From assembly GCA_905178155.1 (NCBI GenBank), contig CAJINV010000020.1, forward strand, positions 248,001 to 312,000: a stretch of DNA of 64,000 nt, in the 5' to 3' direction. Numbering within the stretch: position 1 is the stretch's first letter; every line of letters starts with the position of its first letter. The notes beneath the pieces are model-generated. The model made no database searches, was not told the DNA's origin, and worked only from the letters and a program-made list of their open reading frames with translations. The stretch is from Amoebophrya sp. A120. Taxonomy: Eukaryota; Protista; Dinoflagellata. Below, one piece after another: positions 36,301 through 49,416 of the stretch. The translations under genes and the position numbers were made by a program.

Positions 36301-39300
36301 ATTCGAAGGACATCTGCGCCAAGTGCAAGCCGATGTTGGACGAGCTGCGAGCAAACCCGGACACGGCCGTGTATGTTGATTGAATTATTGATGTTATAGG
36401 ATTTAGGATTTTTGCATGAATTGATATGTTGCGGGGGCCACATGGTAGTTTGATGCGACGTGAACAAGTCCGGGCAGCTTCTAAACAGACAATCTAAATG
36501 ATGCTAAATCATAAATAATCTTGATCTTTTGCAGGCAGCGAACATGAAATGGTAGGTCCCTACCTCACACATCAACCGCAAATAACATGGAAAAAAATCC
36601 TACAAATACAGGTACTGTGACCAGCTCCAGAAGGTGATCTTTTTCCGTCTGCTCGGGCAGCTGGCACGGGTGTATTCCACCATGACCGTGGAGCAGCTGA
36701 AGAAATTGTGCCAGCCCATCGTTGACTTCCCGACCGCCGAGAAGTGGATGATCAGCAGCGCGCGCGACAGCGGCGTGCACGTGCAGTTGGACTACGTTCG
36801 GGCAGTGGTGGTTTTCGGTATTGATAGATGATAATACGAAAGAACTTTTTACATGGGTGGAATTTTGTGATAGGGTGGATAGATCTAGCACCGCGTGCCC
36901 TTTGTAATGTTTTACTACTTACACATACGCCATTTCTTCTTGCCACAGATCACATTTCGTGGTCGAGTTGTTTGGTGTCATTCAGTTTTACTTACTTACT
37001 CCCGCGCATTACAAACTGGAAATACAAGAACCCTTCACGACCCTGAAAATACAAACCATTCAACAGCCAACAAGACGTCCAACGATTTGTCCACCCTCCG
37101 GCAGCCGTTGATCAACATGAGTGACACCACGTTAGGGCAACTGGCCAAGGTCTTCCCCGGGTTGGAGCAGTCCAGGAAAGCGGACCAGCGGTCCGAACTC
37201 TTCGGCGTGCTAAAGGACAAAAAGGAGAAGGAGCAGGTGGAAATCGAGAACCGCGTGAACGAGATCGAGCGGCGCAACAAGGAAAAGGCGGAGAACGAGA
37301 AGGTGGAACAGGAAAGGAAGGAGCGCCAGGTGCTGCAGCAGAAGGCCCGCGACCAGAAGGACACGCAGGCGCGGCTCGAGGCCGAGAAGAAACGCCGGGC
37401 GGACGAGGCGGCCAAGAGCAGGCGAAACGACCTGGACAAGCGGCGCATGATGGAAGTAATTGAGGAACTGCGGAAAATTTACTACGAGCAAAACATCAAG
37501 ATCGGGGAGTACAATCTGAACGACATTTCAGAGCAGGACTTGGAAAAGCTCGAACTCACCTTCATCGAACAAGAGCGCACACGGATCATCCAGAAGGACC
37601 GCACGGACAAGGTGCGCCAGAGGAAACAGGAAGCCAAGCGAGTAGACCACCTGGCCCGCGCGTTCCGCCTGATCGCGGCCGACAAGATCCCGGAGAAAGC
37701 GGAACTTTTGCGGGAGGAGCAGGAAGAAATCCTGGCAAAACTCGAAGAGGAAAAGATCGCCGCCGCAAAACTCGAATTCGAGAGAAATTCGGAGAAGAAG
37801 AAACTCGCGGTATTTTTTCATAGAATTGATTCTACTATGTTGTCGGCTGTAGTTTGATACTTGTCGATTTGTACTATTTACTCGCAGTGGTACTGCCCCA
37901 GCGTTTGCATAATATCATCATGTAGACCACCAGGTAAGTGGACTAATGCAGTGCATAGAATTATTGACAAGTGATCTTCTCTGCTACAATGAGACAAATG
38001 TTCAACATCACAAAACCTTCTTAGATCGCCGCCTTGGCCGGCATCAAAGCGTGGCAGGACGTGCACATCGGCAAGAGGGAGGTCGAGTACCAGGAGAAGC
38101 TGCGATTGAAACAGAAACAGGAGTGGGAGAAGAAGTGCATGCGGGCGGTGCGGGCGTATATGATGGACATGGAACAGAAGGAGCGGGAACGGGAAGAGGC
38201 AGAGGAAGAGGAGCGACTCATGCGGGAGGCCGAGGAAAAGGAAGCGAAGGAGCAGGCAGACAGGGAAGCCAGGTTGGAAGCCAGAAAAGCACAGGAGGTA
38301 TAGAACTTCTATGATATAAATACAGGCGACGTTTGTCAGTATTGAAAAATGGTTCACAGCGGTTATGTGCTGTCGCTCATCTAACATTTGTCAATAGCTT
38401 CAACATCATGCGCGGAGCAAGTCTTTTTGTACACTAGCGTGTGTATTTATTCCTGTTGGTGTTGTCTGCATTATTTCTTTGCTCCGCTTGTTCACCGTAA
38501 GTATGCGAAAACGGAGTAGCATTTCTGGAAAAACCCAGAATATAAACCATTCTCTCCATCGATCTCTATCAAAGGCCGAGCGTGAGCAGAACAACCGCGA
38601 CATGGACAAGGGGAAGCGTGAGGACAAGGGTGGCAAGTCCTCCGCACCCCACGCCAACGGGAACAGCAGCAACTGGCGGGACGAGGAACCGCGAGGTGGA
38701 GACAAGGGGAAATCCTCGATGAAAGCGAACGGGGACAGCGGGAAGTTCAGCTCAAGTCGAGGAGACAAGGACGGGAAAGACGGCAAGGGATCATCGTTCG
38801 GGAAGTCCGACAGGTTCGGGGGGAAGGACAACAAGGACAGCCGAAAGGACGACGACCGCGATTTCGGAAATTTGCGGGACCGAGGGAGCAACGAAAGGTC
38901 CTTCGACGACCGTCCCTTCGGGGCCAAGCGGGGCGACAAGGGCAAGGGCAAAAACGACCGCCGAATGGACGACGGGGACGACTGGCGAGGGGCCCGCGGC
39001 GGCGCCGCACCCGAGCGAGGGGAAAAGGAACCGCCAGCAGAAAAGAGTGAAGAGGGCGGAGCGGGAGCAAGGTACTGTCACTTTTACAATTTTTCACCAC
39101 CGTGAAGTTGATTTTCCAATGCTGGTGTTGTTGAAGTTGATTTATCGCAAATAAAGGGAAGATCATACACAAGAACTGTGCATGCTCTTGATTGTAATTC
39201 GCGACATCATTATTTTCAAAAAGAGCATTAATTCATTCCCATTTTCAAAAAACAACAGACCCATCCCCGCCTGGAAAAAATACGCCATGGAAAAGAAGAA

Positions 39301-39328
39301 AGGTGCTCCACCGGCTGAGGGCGCATAG
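33396..39328 (+). CDS. EIF3A: Eukaryotic translation initiation factor 3 subunit A (multi-exon)
   Basis: FQKPENALRRAKEL, RFMWETYKQILDV, DTRCFQL..ELALWKECF, LARVYSTM (PCI region), DHLARAFR, charged and RGG/D-rich tail. Confidence 0.93.
33989..35001 (+). mobile_element. Introner family A (GT-CG) enlarged by a nested insertion
   Basis: TIR TATCCTRAGTAAAAAT..CCCCAC.CCAGAGT; flanks GGAGG/GTCGG; restores ERE-VLENIRF; 1013 nt versus 284 nt for its relatives. Confidence 0.88.
34126..34827. mobile_element. Nested MITE-like element
   Basis: 11-bp TIR GTAGTGAGGTC/GACCTCACTAC; internal direct repeat TTATCAAGCGGCC x2; no TSD found. Confidence 0.6.
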
Positions 39329-40911
39329 ACGAGGAGCAGTGCCAACATGTTGCTGGGTATAGCTTGGTACGGTGATATGAGAAAAAAACAAACATCTTCA
39401 ACACTATTCTATGCACAAAACGTCGAAATGAAAAGAACAACCTCAAGGTCGAAAAATGAAAAGTAACAGTTACAATTTTTTCTGTAGCACTGGGGTATCA
39501 TGGCACGAAGATGCGAGGGGACAGCGCGAGGTTTAAATAAATCCGTTCCCCTTGTCGTCTCGATTGACCGGTGCTATGTGCAGATATTGCAGCGCACTGT
39601 ATCCGGTGTAGTGCGATTGCAAAAAATGAAAGTGCAGTAAAAGAAAATTCTCAAGAAGTATCTTCTACTATCAGCTTGTGTTTATCCGATTCATTGTTAC
39701 TTACACCGAAGATGTTGGAAAGTAGGCGTTTTATCACTCTGTTTCACACGACTGAAATGGCGATTCAGAACGACACATGTACGACAGACCAGATAATTTT
39801 GCGTTGGTGAAGAAACTGGCAAATCTAAACAAAAGAAATGGCGCAGTTTCAAAATGATCACCAGTATTAAACTAGCTGATGGGACGAAGATAAAGTTGAC
39901 AACGACAACCTATAAGACTTATTGGTATCACAAAAAAGCAACCCTCACTGCATCTACTTCTCCGGACGACTAAATACTTTTCACAACATCTTTCACAACC
40001 ACGGCGAAATAAAACTGTAGCGCGGGGGACATTGTCCAAGCAAAAACTTTTATCATGTGTAACAACTTTTACTCGTGTCTATCTCTAATGGTACAGTATC
40101 ACTAGAATGTAACATAAATGGGAAGACTTTTCATCAGCGGATTGCAGAAGCCCAAATGTACGAGCAGAAGATAAAGTTCCAAAACAACTTCTGGATTCAG
40201 CATTGGTTTCATCCACTTTTCTGATTTCTAGACTTTACATGATGTAGATGGTGCTATTAAAGCCGCGACTTTATTTTGCGGATCATCGAGACCTTCGCAG
40301 CAATTTTCGCCTTTTAGGAAAAAAAAATGATAGTACTAGGTCGTACAAAGAGCGCCATAGCTGCGTCATCGCGGCTATTCGTGGTGGTGGTGCCGTGCAA
40401 CTTCTCCTGTTCTTTCCGGATTTCAACCGCTTTCTGTTTTGCTTTGGTCCCCGTGGTGCCCGTTTGGGAGGACGTCAGTGCGGGTGGAGGGAAGTCGTGG
40501 CTCATTGAGATTTTTGAAAAGTGTTTCCTCCGGCCTATCAGTTGAGCGTGTGCGTGTCAGGGTTATTTTCTCTTTTGTTGTTCATTTTCTTCTGAGCGAC
40601 ATGAGAAATAAACGAAAACTTGCGGCACGACGAGGTTTCAGAGGGTGTCGCAAATGCAGAGTTTTTTTCCGCATCCTGTAGAGTGTGAGGGAACGTTAAG
40701 AAACAAGTCCACGTGTTCTGATAAAGCCAAACCCCAGCGTCAGCCTGAGGCTTAGTTCTAGACGCGGAAGTAGTTACGGATAAATAATTCTTTTCTATAC
40801 GAGCGATCCACAGCACCTCTGTATCTGTATTTGTACATATCCAGTCGTCTTGAAAACGTGTTTTCTGCTACTGCGAACGATTTATCTATCAATTCGAATA
40901 TCTCGAACAAA

Positions 40912-43900
40912 ATGCCGGACCCGCCGCCTCGGAATGCGTTTTTTAATCCGGATAGGCAGCCCTCAGCGACCGGGGGCGCAACAAGCGGCGCAGCCGTAGC
41001 GCAGCAACGGATGAAGCAAACGACGTGGGTACTTTTCGCGTCTATCAAGAAAGAGGATAAGGACCAAAATCTGATTGCGCAATAGGGTGAAACTATTTCA
41101 GTAGATTCGGGCAGTAGAGCCACGCTCTGCACCGCATTTTTCACACGTGATGGCTACTACAGGCATGGGACGAGATGCTGTGATAGTAGGGACTAGAAGA
41201 ACTACTCGATTAAGAAAGCGCATTTATTAGACCGAGTCCTGGTGGAGGACAAGGAATTGTAGGATCCTGTCACATGATCTTCAAACCCTCCACATACTGT
41301 AACTAGGCGAGCCGGCTCCAGCAGACCGGGACCACTTCCAAGGGGCCGTGCAAGCCATCCCACGAGCACTCCGCCATGATTGGAACAACCGCTGCGGGGG
41401 GCAGTGGCTCCGCGACAGGAGGGAACCTGATCAACAGCAGCACTTCGGCTTCTTCCCTCGTCCTCCCCACACTTTTAACCAGCAGCGTGGTGAATCCCGC
41501 CACGGCTGCGAGCAGTAAGCCGGTCACCGAACGGAGTGCTGGGAGCGGCTGCAACACGAAGACAGAGGAGGAGGAGACCACCAGCCGCACCACTTCGGAG
41601 TACGGCGACGACACACCCCCGGTGATCCGCCGGCGGGGGAGGTACTTCTATTGCGCATTTCTGTCTATCATGCATAAAAATGCATCACATAAAATATTGT
41701 TGCAATTTCATAGGCAGCTTACCTACTCATGTTGGCGCAATACAAGAAAATTTCTCATGCAAAACCTGCATGTTAGTGACTTTTTCGCACTGCTTTCTCT
41801 CCACATACTACATCCAGGCGGTCCTCCACATCCTCTATGAAGCGGCGGGCGATGTTGCAGCGGCAAGTGGCGCCGCCGGTGCACATCAACCCGTCGACGG
41901 ACTCGGATTGCCAGTCGCCTTGGGATATCAAGCGCAAATATGTCCTCGGCGGCGTCTGGGAAGTTGTAATGCCAAAATGGAATGATAGGCGCAATTTTGG
42001 GACGCCATGTGTTGTTGTGTATTCCGCATGGCACATTGCGTTTTTGCATGCCAGGTAAGGGGCCCTCATTTATTTCGACGTCTTGCCCATGCGTCACATA
42101 GGTCTTGTGCTTGTCAGACATACATGACAGTCTTCCAGACCACCAGATCGATAGAGTTGCAATGCATACTGGAGTGCCCTCCGCCCCTGGTTCTCTCGGA
42201 CGACGAACGGTACAGCTGCAGCTCGGGGTCCCACCGCCGGCTGCACCGGAAATGCTCGGACGTGGGATCGGAAATCACCCTCGGTGACGCGGACGGCTTG
42301 TCGCAACTGTTCGACGGCGACAGCCCGCGCACCGTGAAGTCGCAGGAAAACAAAAGCTCCTTTCTGCACGTCGGTGGAACTACTTCTACTACGGGGAGTG
42401 CGCTGCTGAAAAACCCCGCGCCCGTCACGCCGGCAAGTAACAAATAAGCGTTTTGCTGTACTATGTTGAGAAAATGCAACATGGAAATCAAATTACTAGA
42501 CTAAAGCCAGTGCACCGCTCTTCGGCCGCTGTTCTACCGCACCGCCACAGCATGAAGATGACAGCACACACGCATTCTTCCATAATTTGCATAAAGAAAC
42601 AAATTTCATCCCCAGGTATCGGCAGCAACCACCTGAATGACTTATCCAAACCGCCGACGCCGCAAATTACATCGCCGAAACCCGGCAACCCGAATGCCAA
42701 GCCCTACCACCCGGTGATCCGCGACAAGGAACGGTTCGTGCAGCGGGTCAGTCAGCAGCAGAAAAAGACGATGAACAACAACGAGGAGCAGCTGCGGGAC
42801 ATGACCATTTTTTCCGGGAAAGAAATGTCCGATATTATGGACTACTTTCTCACCAACGTCGGCGACCGCAAGAACAAAAAATCCTCCTCCTCCAGCAGCA
42901 GCTCCCAGTGCGGACTGACGAAAGCGAAGCACCAAGAGTTCCACAGTGAGCTTGCGAAAAAACGGTTCGCACAGTACGACGACCACAGCAGCAGTACGAA
43001 AATGGGAGAAAGTGGTACTTTGCTGCTGAAGTGTACTGATCTTCCGAAATTTCAAACTCTTGATTTCTAGTAGAGGGGAGATACTTGTTGCGAGGTCAAG
43101 ACCTTTGGGACAGAATTTAATTATTTCAAAAGTCACTTTTATTTCACACGACGTACAACACGATTTACTTCAGCCTCGCACCTGTTTGGCCGGCGGAACA
43201 GCAACGCGGATTGCTTGCGCGGCAGATCCGACTCCACGGATTCAAAGGCCACCACCCGGTCGGCGCCAAATGCCTGTCGGTTGGTCAAAGTGGCTGCTGG
43301 GGAATTCAGTTCGGTATAGTATTAGTGACTGCAGCTGAAGAGAGTACATATCGCAGGGGCAATTTTGTAAGGATCACGTAGAGAACTACTTGGGTCGGCG
43401 ACGGCGTGTGCTGGGAACACGTTTTTTGATGAGGAAAATTATCATGGCAACAAGTGTAGTTTCCATTTCGAAATAATCAATTTTGCACAAAAATCTATCA
43501 AATCGCAGGAAGCAGCTGCCGATAGTCGGGGTGCCACGCCCTGCAGCCAGCGTTCGGCGCCGGCGCAGAAGCTCCGCAGTGTCAACCGGGCGCTGCTGGC
43601 GACGCACACCGCAAGTTTTGTTGGGGCGGACAAGGAGCAGGAGGCGGTGGAACCAATTGCATCTTCATCAACCGCTCCTGTTTTCGTATCGGGAACATCG
43701 ATCGAGCTGCAGCAGAACACAAGTTGTTCGTCGCCTTCGCTAGCAGATTCCTGCGCTGTAGCTGCAGTCAAAGCAGGAACTAGTGCCGATCTTGACGGAG
43801 CAGGGACCATGGGGAGTGGCTTCGTTTTGGCAGCTTCTACCGAGGAAGATGTTGCACCGCCTTCGGGAGAAGAACGGGCGGCATTCGGCACCGAGCCTGT

Positions 43901-46732
43901 GGATCTCGCAGCCGGTTTGGGGGAATCTACTGGAGGTGAACAACAAAAAAAATCGTCCGCTTGTTCCTCGATCAGTACCACAACAGCTTTGGTTTCATCC
44001 TCTGCCGCTGGTGAAAACGCAGCAGCGGCTGCAGTGTCGCAAACTGTACCAACTACTGGAGAAGATGAGCAATCCGTGCAGATGAAGAAGAGATCTGGGA
44101 ACAACCATGGTGCCACGATGGGTGGTAGTGCGAAAGCTACGAATGCCTGCGAACAGCAAGGAAGAAACTCAACAGTCAAAGAGACAGCAGAAGAACTCGT
44201 AACGGAAAACAATATTGGGTCTACTCCGATAGAAAAACAAGAACTGAGCGCTTCCAAAAATTTGCCGGACGAGCATGGGCAAAGTACAGCAGCGAAGCCC
44301 GACAGCATCGGTACGACCGAATCAAAAAAATCTTCTACCACGTCTCCGGAATTGACGAGAAAAGCAACAAACTTGGCCTCCGCGGTGTCGTCGACGAAGT
44401 TGGAGGATGCTTGTGCGGCAAATCTTGCGGCTGCAAACTGCTCCCCAACCACTTCCTCGACCACCTGCTCGCCGCAAACCACTTCCACCGGTCATAATTT
44501 CTCCACGTCCCCGACGCGCTCGGTGAAGCCCTCTTTTCTCGCGACACTGACGGGAAAGAACAAAATTAGCACCTCTGTTCAAGTGGAAATGAGAAGGGAG
44601 AAAGAGCCTGGTGGCTTCAGTACTACTGCAAGCGGGTACGGAGTCGTGGGAACTTCCCTGCTGAGCAGTAGCGGTAACAAGCAATCCATGGTGACCTCCA
44701 GTTGCACACAATTACCCTTCACGACCAGTTCCGGGAACATGGCCCGAGGTTGTACTACTGCTGGGTCCTCTACTTCCGCTGCAGGTCAACAGCAGGGTGC
44801 CGCTTCCATGTCCATGCAGGGCAACACCTTCACCTCCTGGATCGGGGACAGCAAGGGCAAGCAGAACAGCTGCAGCCCAACGTTGCCGCCCCCGTTGAGC
44901 AGCACGAAGCACTTTCCGGAGTTGTCCGCGTCTCAGTCATATGGATTGCAAATATGTCTGGGTCTGGAAACTTGTAGTGCTCAAAGTGAATGATAGACGC
45001 GCCACAATGCGCAGCTATGCATGATAAATTTTGTGGCTGCCTTGTCTTACGTATTCCGCATGGCAAACTGCCTTTTTGCATGACAGTTAAGAGGGCTCTT
45101 TCGTGCCTATGCAACACAGATTCTCGAGTCATGCCAGACAAGCATGACAGACTTGCATTCTTCCAGACCCAGACATTTTTGCAGTTGATAAATCAAGCTT
45201 AACCCTGTCGCCCCCGAACGGCAGAGACGGGCAGCTTTCCAGCCGCAGCTCGGGATCCGCAGAGGGGGAACTGCACCACGGGAAGACGAATCAGGGCGGG
45301 AAGCAAGCCAAGTCCTCGCGGGTGGGAGCGGCTACTTCAACATCTTCTGCGCAACAGAGCGAGAACAAGTTGTCTCCCGCCCCGGCGCAGCCCGGATCTT
45401 CATCTTCAAGTGGTTCTAGCACGACGGGCAGTCCGAACCAGAGCAGCAAAAGTGTTCAACAGGCGAATATTAAGCAAGGTGGTCCTTCTAGTACTGGTAC
45501 TACCTCCAACAGCATGATGAACACAGCCTCGAGCACTTGTTCCACCACCGTCTGCTCAAAAACAGCTACGGTAAATAAAGCCACATCTTCAGCTAGCACA
45601 TCGATTTCTTCTACAGAGAACACGACGAAGGTGGATCAACAACACCTTCCCACCTCCTCTCCCGCCGCACCAGAACAACTGGTGCGCACCTCCTGGAGCG
45701 CGAAAATGCAGCAGAATAAGTCAACCTCGTCCGCCGGCGCACCCGCAACTGCATCGGCAAATGGGAATAACAGCACTTCCTTCCAGCCGGCGCCGCGCAC
45801 TGCTGCAACCAGCAAGCAGCAGGGAGGTAGTAGTTCTACTTCTACTACAACTTCTTCGAGGGGACCAGTTACCTCTGCGAGCTGCAATCTGGTGCAGCAG
45901 CAGCAACAGCGGCAGAAGGATCATACTACCGCTAGTACAACCGTGAACAGTGCAAAAAGTAGCTGCAAAAATAACACCACTACGACATCATCAAAGAACT
46001 ACTCGCTCTCTACTTCATCGGGAGGTTCTACCACGGTGGAGCGGAAAGAAACCACCCTGGACGAGCCGGTGTGTCTACTCGGCCCGGAAGTGATGCCGCT
46101 GGAATCGGTTTCGGTGAGCACCTCGGGGGCCACGGGCTCCGGTCCGGCCCACGCGAAAAATGGAGTTCCGGGCGACGAATCTTTCGGCGCGTCGCCGCGC
46201 CGGCGTACGCGACCCGTTGACCGTTCCAGATTGCTACAGCTATGCATAATTGCAAAAGTTGATGTGTCATACTACATATAGATTGATGTCCATCGTAACT
46301 TTTTTGAAGAAGAGAAATAACCGAAGAACTTCTCATGCAGAGTTTTTTCAAGGTACGAAAATAAAACAGGCTTGTCATGCGACATTTTACAGTTAGTACA
46401 TACAACTTCGATTTTGCACAGGATAGCAGCAGAGCCGCGACAACATGCGAAACCAGCGGGCGAACCGGCAGCAAGGGTCAGCAGCTTCGACGGGGGTATA
46501 ATTTGTATTGTTCGTGAAATATTTTTCATCATACATTCGAATTTCAATTTCTTCATGTTCATATGCCTTTGCAGATTTGAAAATTCCTACGCGCGTTTTA
46601 TTCTTGCAGAATAGACAGAGTTCTTGAGGCCAGAAATAAACCATTGTGTATTCCGAGGTACCCGGCGGCACGACGGGGACGATTGGCAGCCTGAACGCGC
46701 AGAGCGCCAACCGCCAGCACCTGCGCGGCTGA
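40912..46732 (+). CDS. Very large Ser/Thr-rich low-complexity protein of unknown function (multi-exon)
   Basis: Plus-strand ORF chain from MPDPPPRNAFF to ..RQHLRG*; 3' joins checked in frame, internal joins approximate. Confidence 0.6.
44939..45194 (+). mobile_element. Introner family B (AT-TC)
   Basis: TIR TAT..TGCAAA.ATGTCTGGGTCTGGAA; TSD AGTCA/AATCA; joins the 43647 and 45322 ORFs in frame. Confidence 0.88.
46240..46429 (+). mobile_element. Introner (CT-AG)
   Basis: TAT..TGCAAAA TIR; TSD ACAGC/GCAGC; in-frame join LLQ-QSRD. Confidence 0.75.
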
Positions 46733-49416
46733 GGATACTGAACAGTTTCGGGTTGGTTCTTTGTGTGAGAAAATTACAACATCTTCATGGAACGAACTTT
46801 TTTTCTTCTTTTCGTACTTAATCGTGTCCTCTCTACTCGCGTAGTTTGTGTTCAAAATGTGGATGCTCTCGCGGGACTCGACAGGAATAAACAGGACTAC
46901 GCGGGAGCGGCAGGAGTCGCAAACTTCATATGCCTCTTGGATCATTCGCTAGGGTAGTTGTCTGCCTGGGGAAAAGTCGCAATTTCTTCACATCTATTTT
47001 ACGAACAACATCGATGCTGGTCAACATCATCCCCAGATGAACTGAAGTAGCTGCTACCTGTCTTGATATTTTATGAAAAAAAGAATAAAGTCGGGTTATT
47101 TCCTCCTCGACTTTGAAAATTCTTATCTTACATTGATTCGTTGGTCTCGTTGTTCCAAAGTTTGACCGATGAAAAGTAAAAATCCCACTCTTGGTCCAAA
47201 GTTTTTGAAAAATCTTGAGTTTTTTAGCATGACTATCACCTCTCTATAGCTTTCTTTGCATATTAAGAACTACTGCCTCGAGCACCTGAAGCCGCTAGCA
47301 CTTGCTATGCAAACCTGAGGCCCGGAAAAGTTGTGGACGCGCTTCTGGGGTCTGCTGCGATCTAAAACGCGATCGCGGGGGCCCGGATGAAGATCTTGTC
47401 CATAGTCTGTACTTTTTCTTCTCGTCTATCTATACAGCGCGTAGATAGGGCGTACATAAAGAATGTCAATTTATTGTGCCGCACAATAGTTGCGGTTCTT
47501 CCACCGGGAGAAAAGTCGAAGGAGTAAAAAGCTTCGGTCAACTTTTTTTCTCTAAATTTCGCAATTTCTTGGCAGCATCATCCGACTACATGCTCACTAC
47601 TTACTCTGCAATAGGCCCATTTTCAACGTCCTGCGTCGATTCCACTGTCGACGCGAAAATAACGAATGCTTCGCATGCAAACAATCAACTTGGCTGCAAT
47701 ATTATTGATTCCTATATCGTATTTCAAATACCCAAATACCAGCGCGATCAGTGGTTTGCGGTAGCTGGTGCCCCCGCATAGAGTTACAACTCTTGTTGAT
47801 GTATAGGCACCGCATTGATTGTCGGGTACTATTTTGTGACGGGCAGAAGTTATTTTTACATCGTAACTATTTTTACTTAGCAAAAAATCTACACCCCTGT
47901 AGGTACTGCAGCGCGACAAGAACAGTCGTCGCACGAATTGGTCTTGTTTGTTTTGTATTCAGATTGGTAACATCTAACATCAAATTTCGTATTCGTTTCT
48001 AATTATATCCGTGCAATGTACTCCTCCTTCACATCTTTCAACCATCGCTTCAAGATTGATGCGACCACTCATCATTCGCACGCTATTAACAAAAACCGGG
48101 CCTCGACATGGTTCCTTTACTTGAGGGCCGATGGTCGAGCAGGATCATCCGCAGTATCTATTTTAAAAACATGCGGTTCTCGTTGAAGCTATCATTTTTC
48201 TCTCTGATTACTTTTTTCCACTTACGACGCACTTGTAAATTCGGCGGAAAAAATCGTTCCTCCGATTTATACCAGTAATGAATCCTTCAGCTTTACTTAG
48301 GTCTTTTTAGCCCAGCTGTCGAAAAAGTTGACGCTCGGGTCCTGCAGCACAGCGAGAGCAGGGAAAATATCTTTTGAAATCTGATGACAAACTTCGTCCT
48401 TCTACGCTTTAATACAACCGACTGGAGCAGTTGTTGTGAAAAATACTTTATTCCGGTCAAACTTTGACTGGTGGTTTCTTCGCCTTCTTGCGCGAAAACA
48501 ATAAACGGCATTGCACTCGACGCACTCGGGAAGATGAGCAGAACACTTTAGATCTCTTGCAGATTATTTTTACGCCGTAGTACAACAAACTTCGTTTTGC
48601 CACTTATCTTCGCAGTAAAATCTTGATTTCTACTGCATTTTAGCATTTTAGAAAAGTCTAGTATTCGGTACTAATAAAAGACGTCTTCTTTCGAGTACAA
48701 AATGAACTTACAACCACTGCGGCCAACCGTTCTTTATTTTTCGCCGAAAAATTCTTGGTCGCAATACCAATATCGTCTCTGTGGTTTTTACTAGCAGAAA
48801 CGTGGAGAGCACAGTCAAAGTGGACCGATATGTTCTTGAAACTGTGTTCCAAAACCAAAAGCGAAGGTCGAAACAACACGTGACTGCGATCAAAAATTTT
48901 TAGCTGTGAAAATCGAAGCCTCATGTGAGTCAAATTTGCCGATCCTGAAAAAGAGCTAGAAAGTTTCGTGAAGATGACCAAAATTATTTGCGAATGATGT
49001 CCAACAAATTTGCCGATCTTTTTCTTTGCAACCTTTTTCAAACGTTCTCCAGATCCGCCGCAATTATATCTTTTCGACACGTGACAGGCGAGTCTAAGCA
49101 GTACCCAAGTTCTGAATACAGTACACCCGAAAGAAGCTGTATCAAGACTCAAGAGTCAGAAGCTACTACCGCAAGAAGTGTAGTACTACCCCACCCCCGT
49201 TTGGTAGTTTGTTGTTCCTTAGCTGATTTATTGCGGTCGTCCAGAGTTTTGTCTAGTAGCACGTAGAAGACAACCGCAAGAATAGTAGTAGCTATTTTCC
49301 TCCTCCTCCTACATTCCTCGCTTCTTTTTTTTCGAGTCATCCGCGCAAAGTAGCGACCTGGAAAGCGATAGTACATCAAGTTAGATTGAATAAGCACCGC
49401 TCCCCGAGAAGACATC

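Noticed and set aside
41938-42126. TATGTC...GACATA intron as a -1/+4 introner
   Set aside because: The rule gives a frameshift of one base; the boundary is unresolved, so it was excluded from the tally
46800-49400. Long intergenic stretch as ncRNA or hidden gene
   Set aside because: No tRNA, rRNA or snRNA signature and no convincing ORF seen
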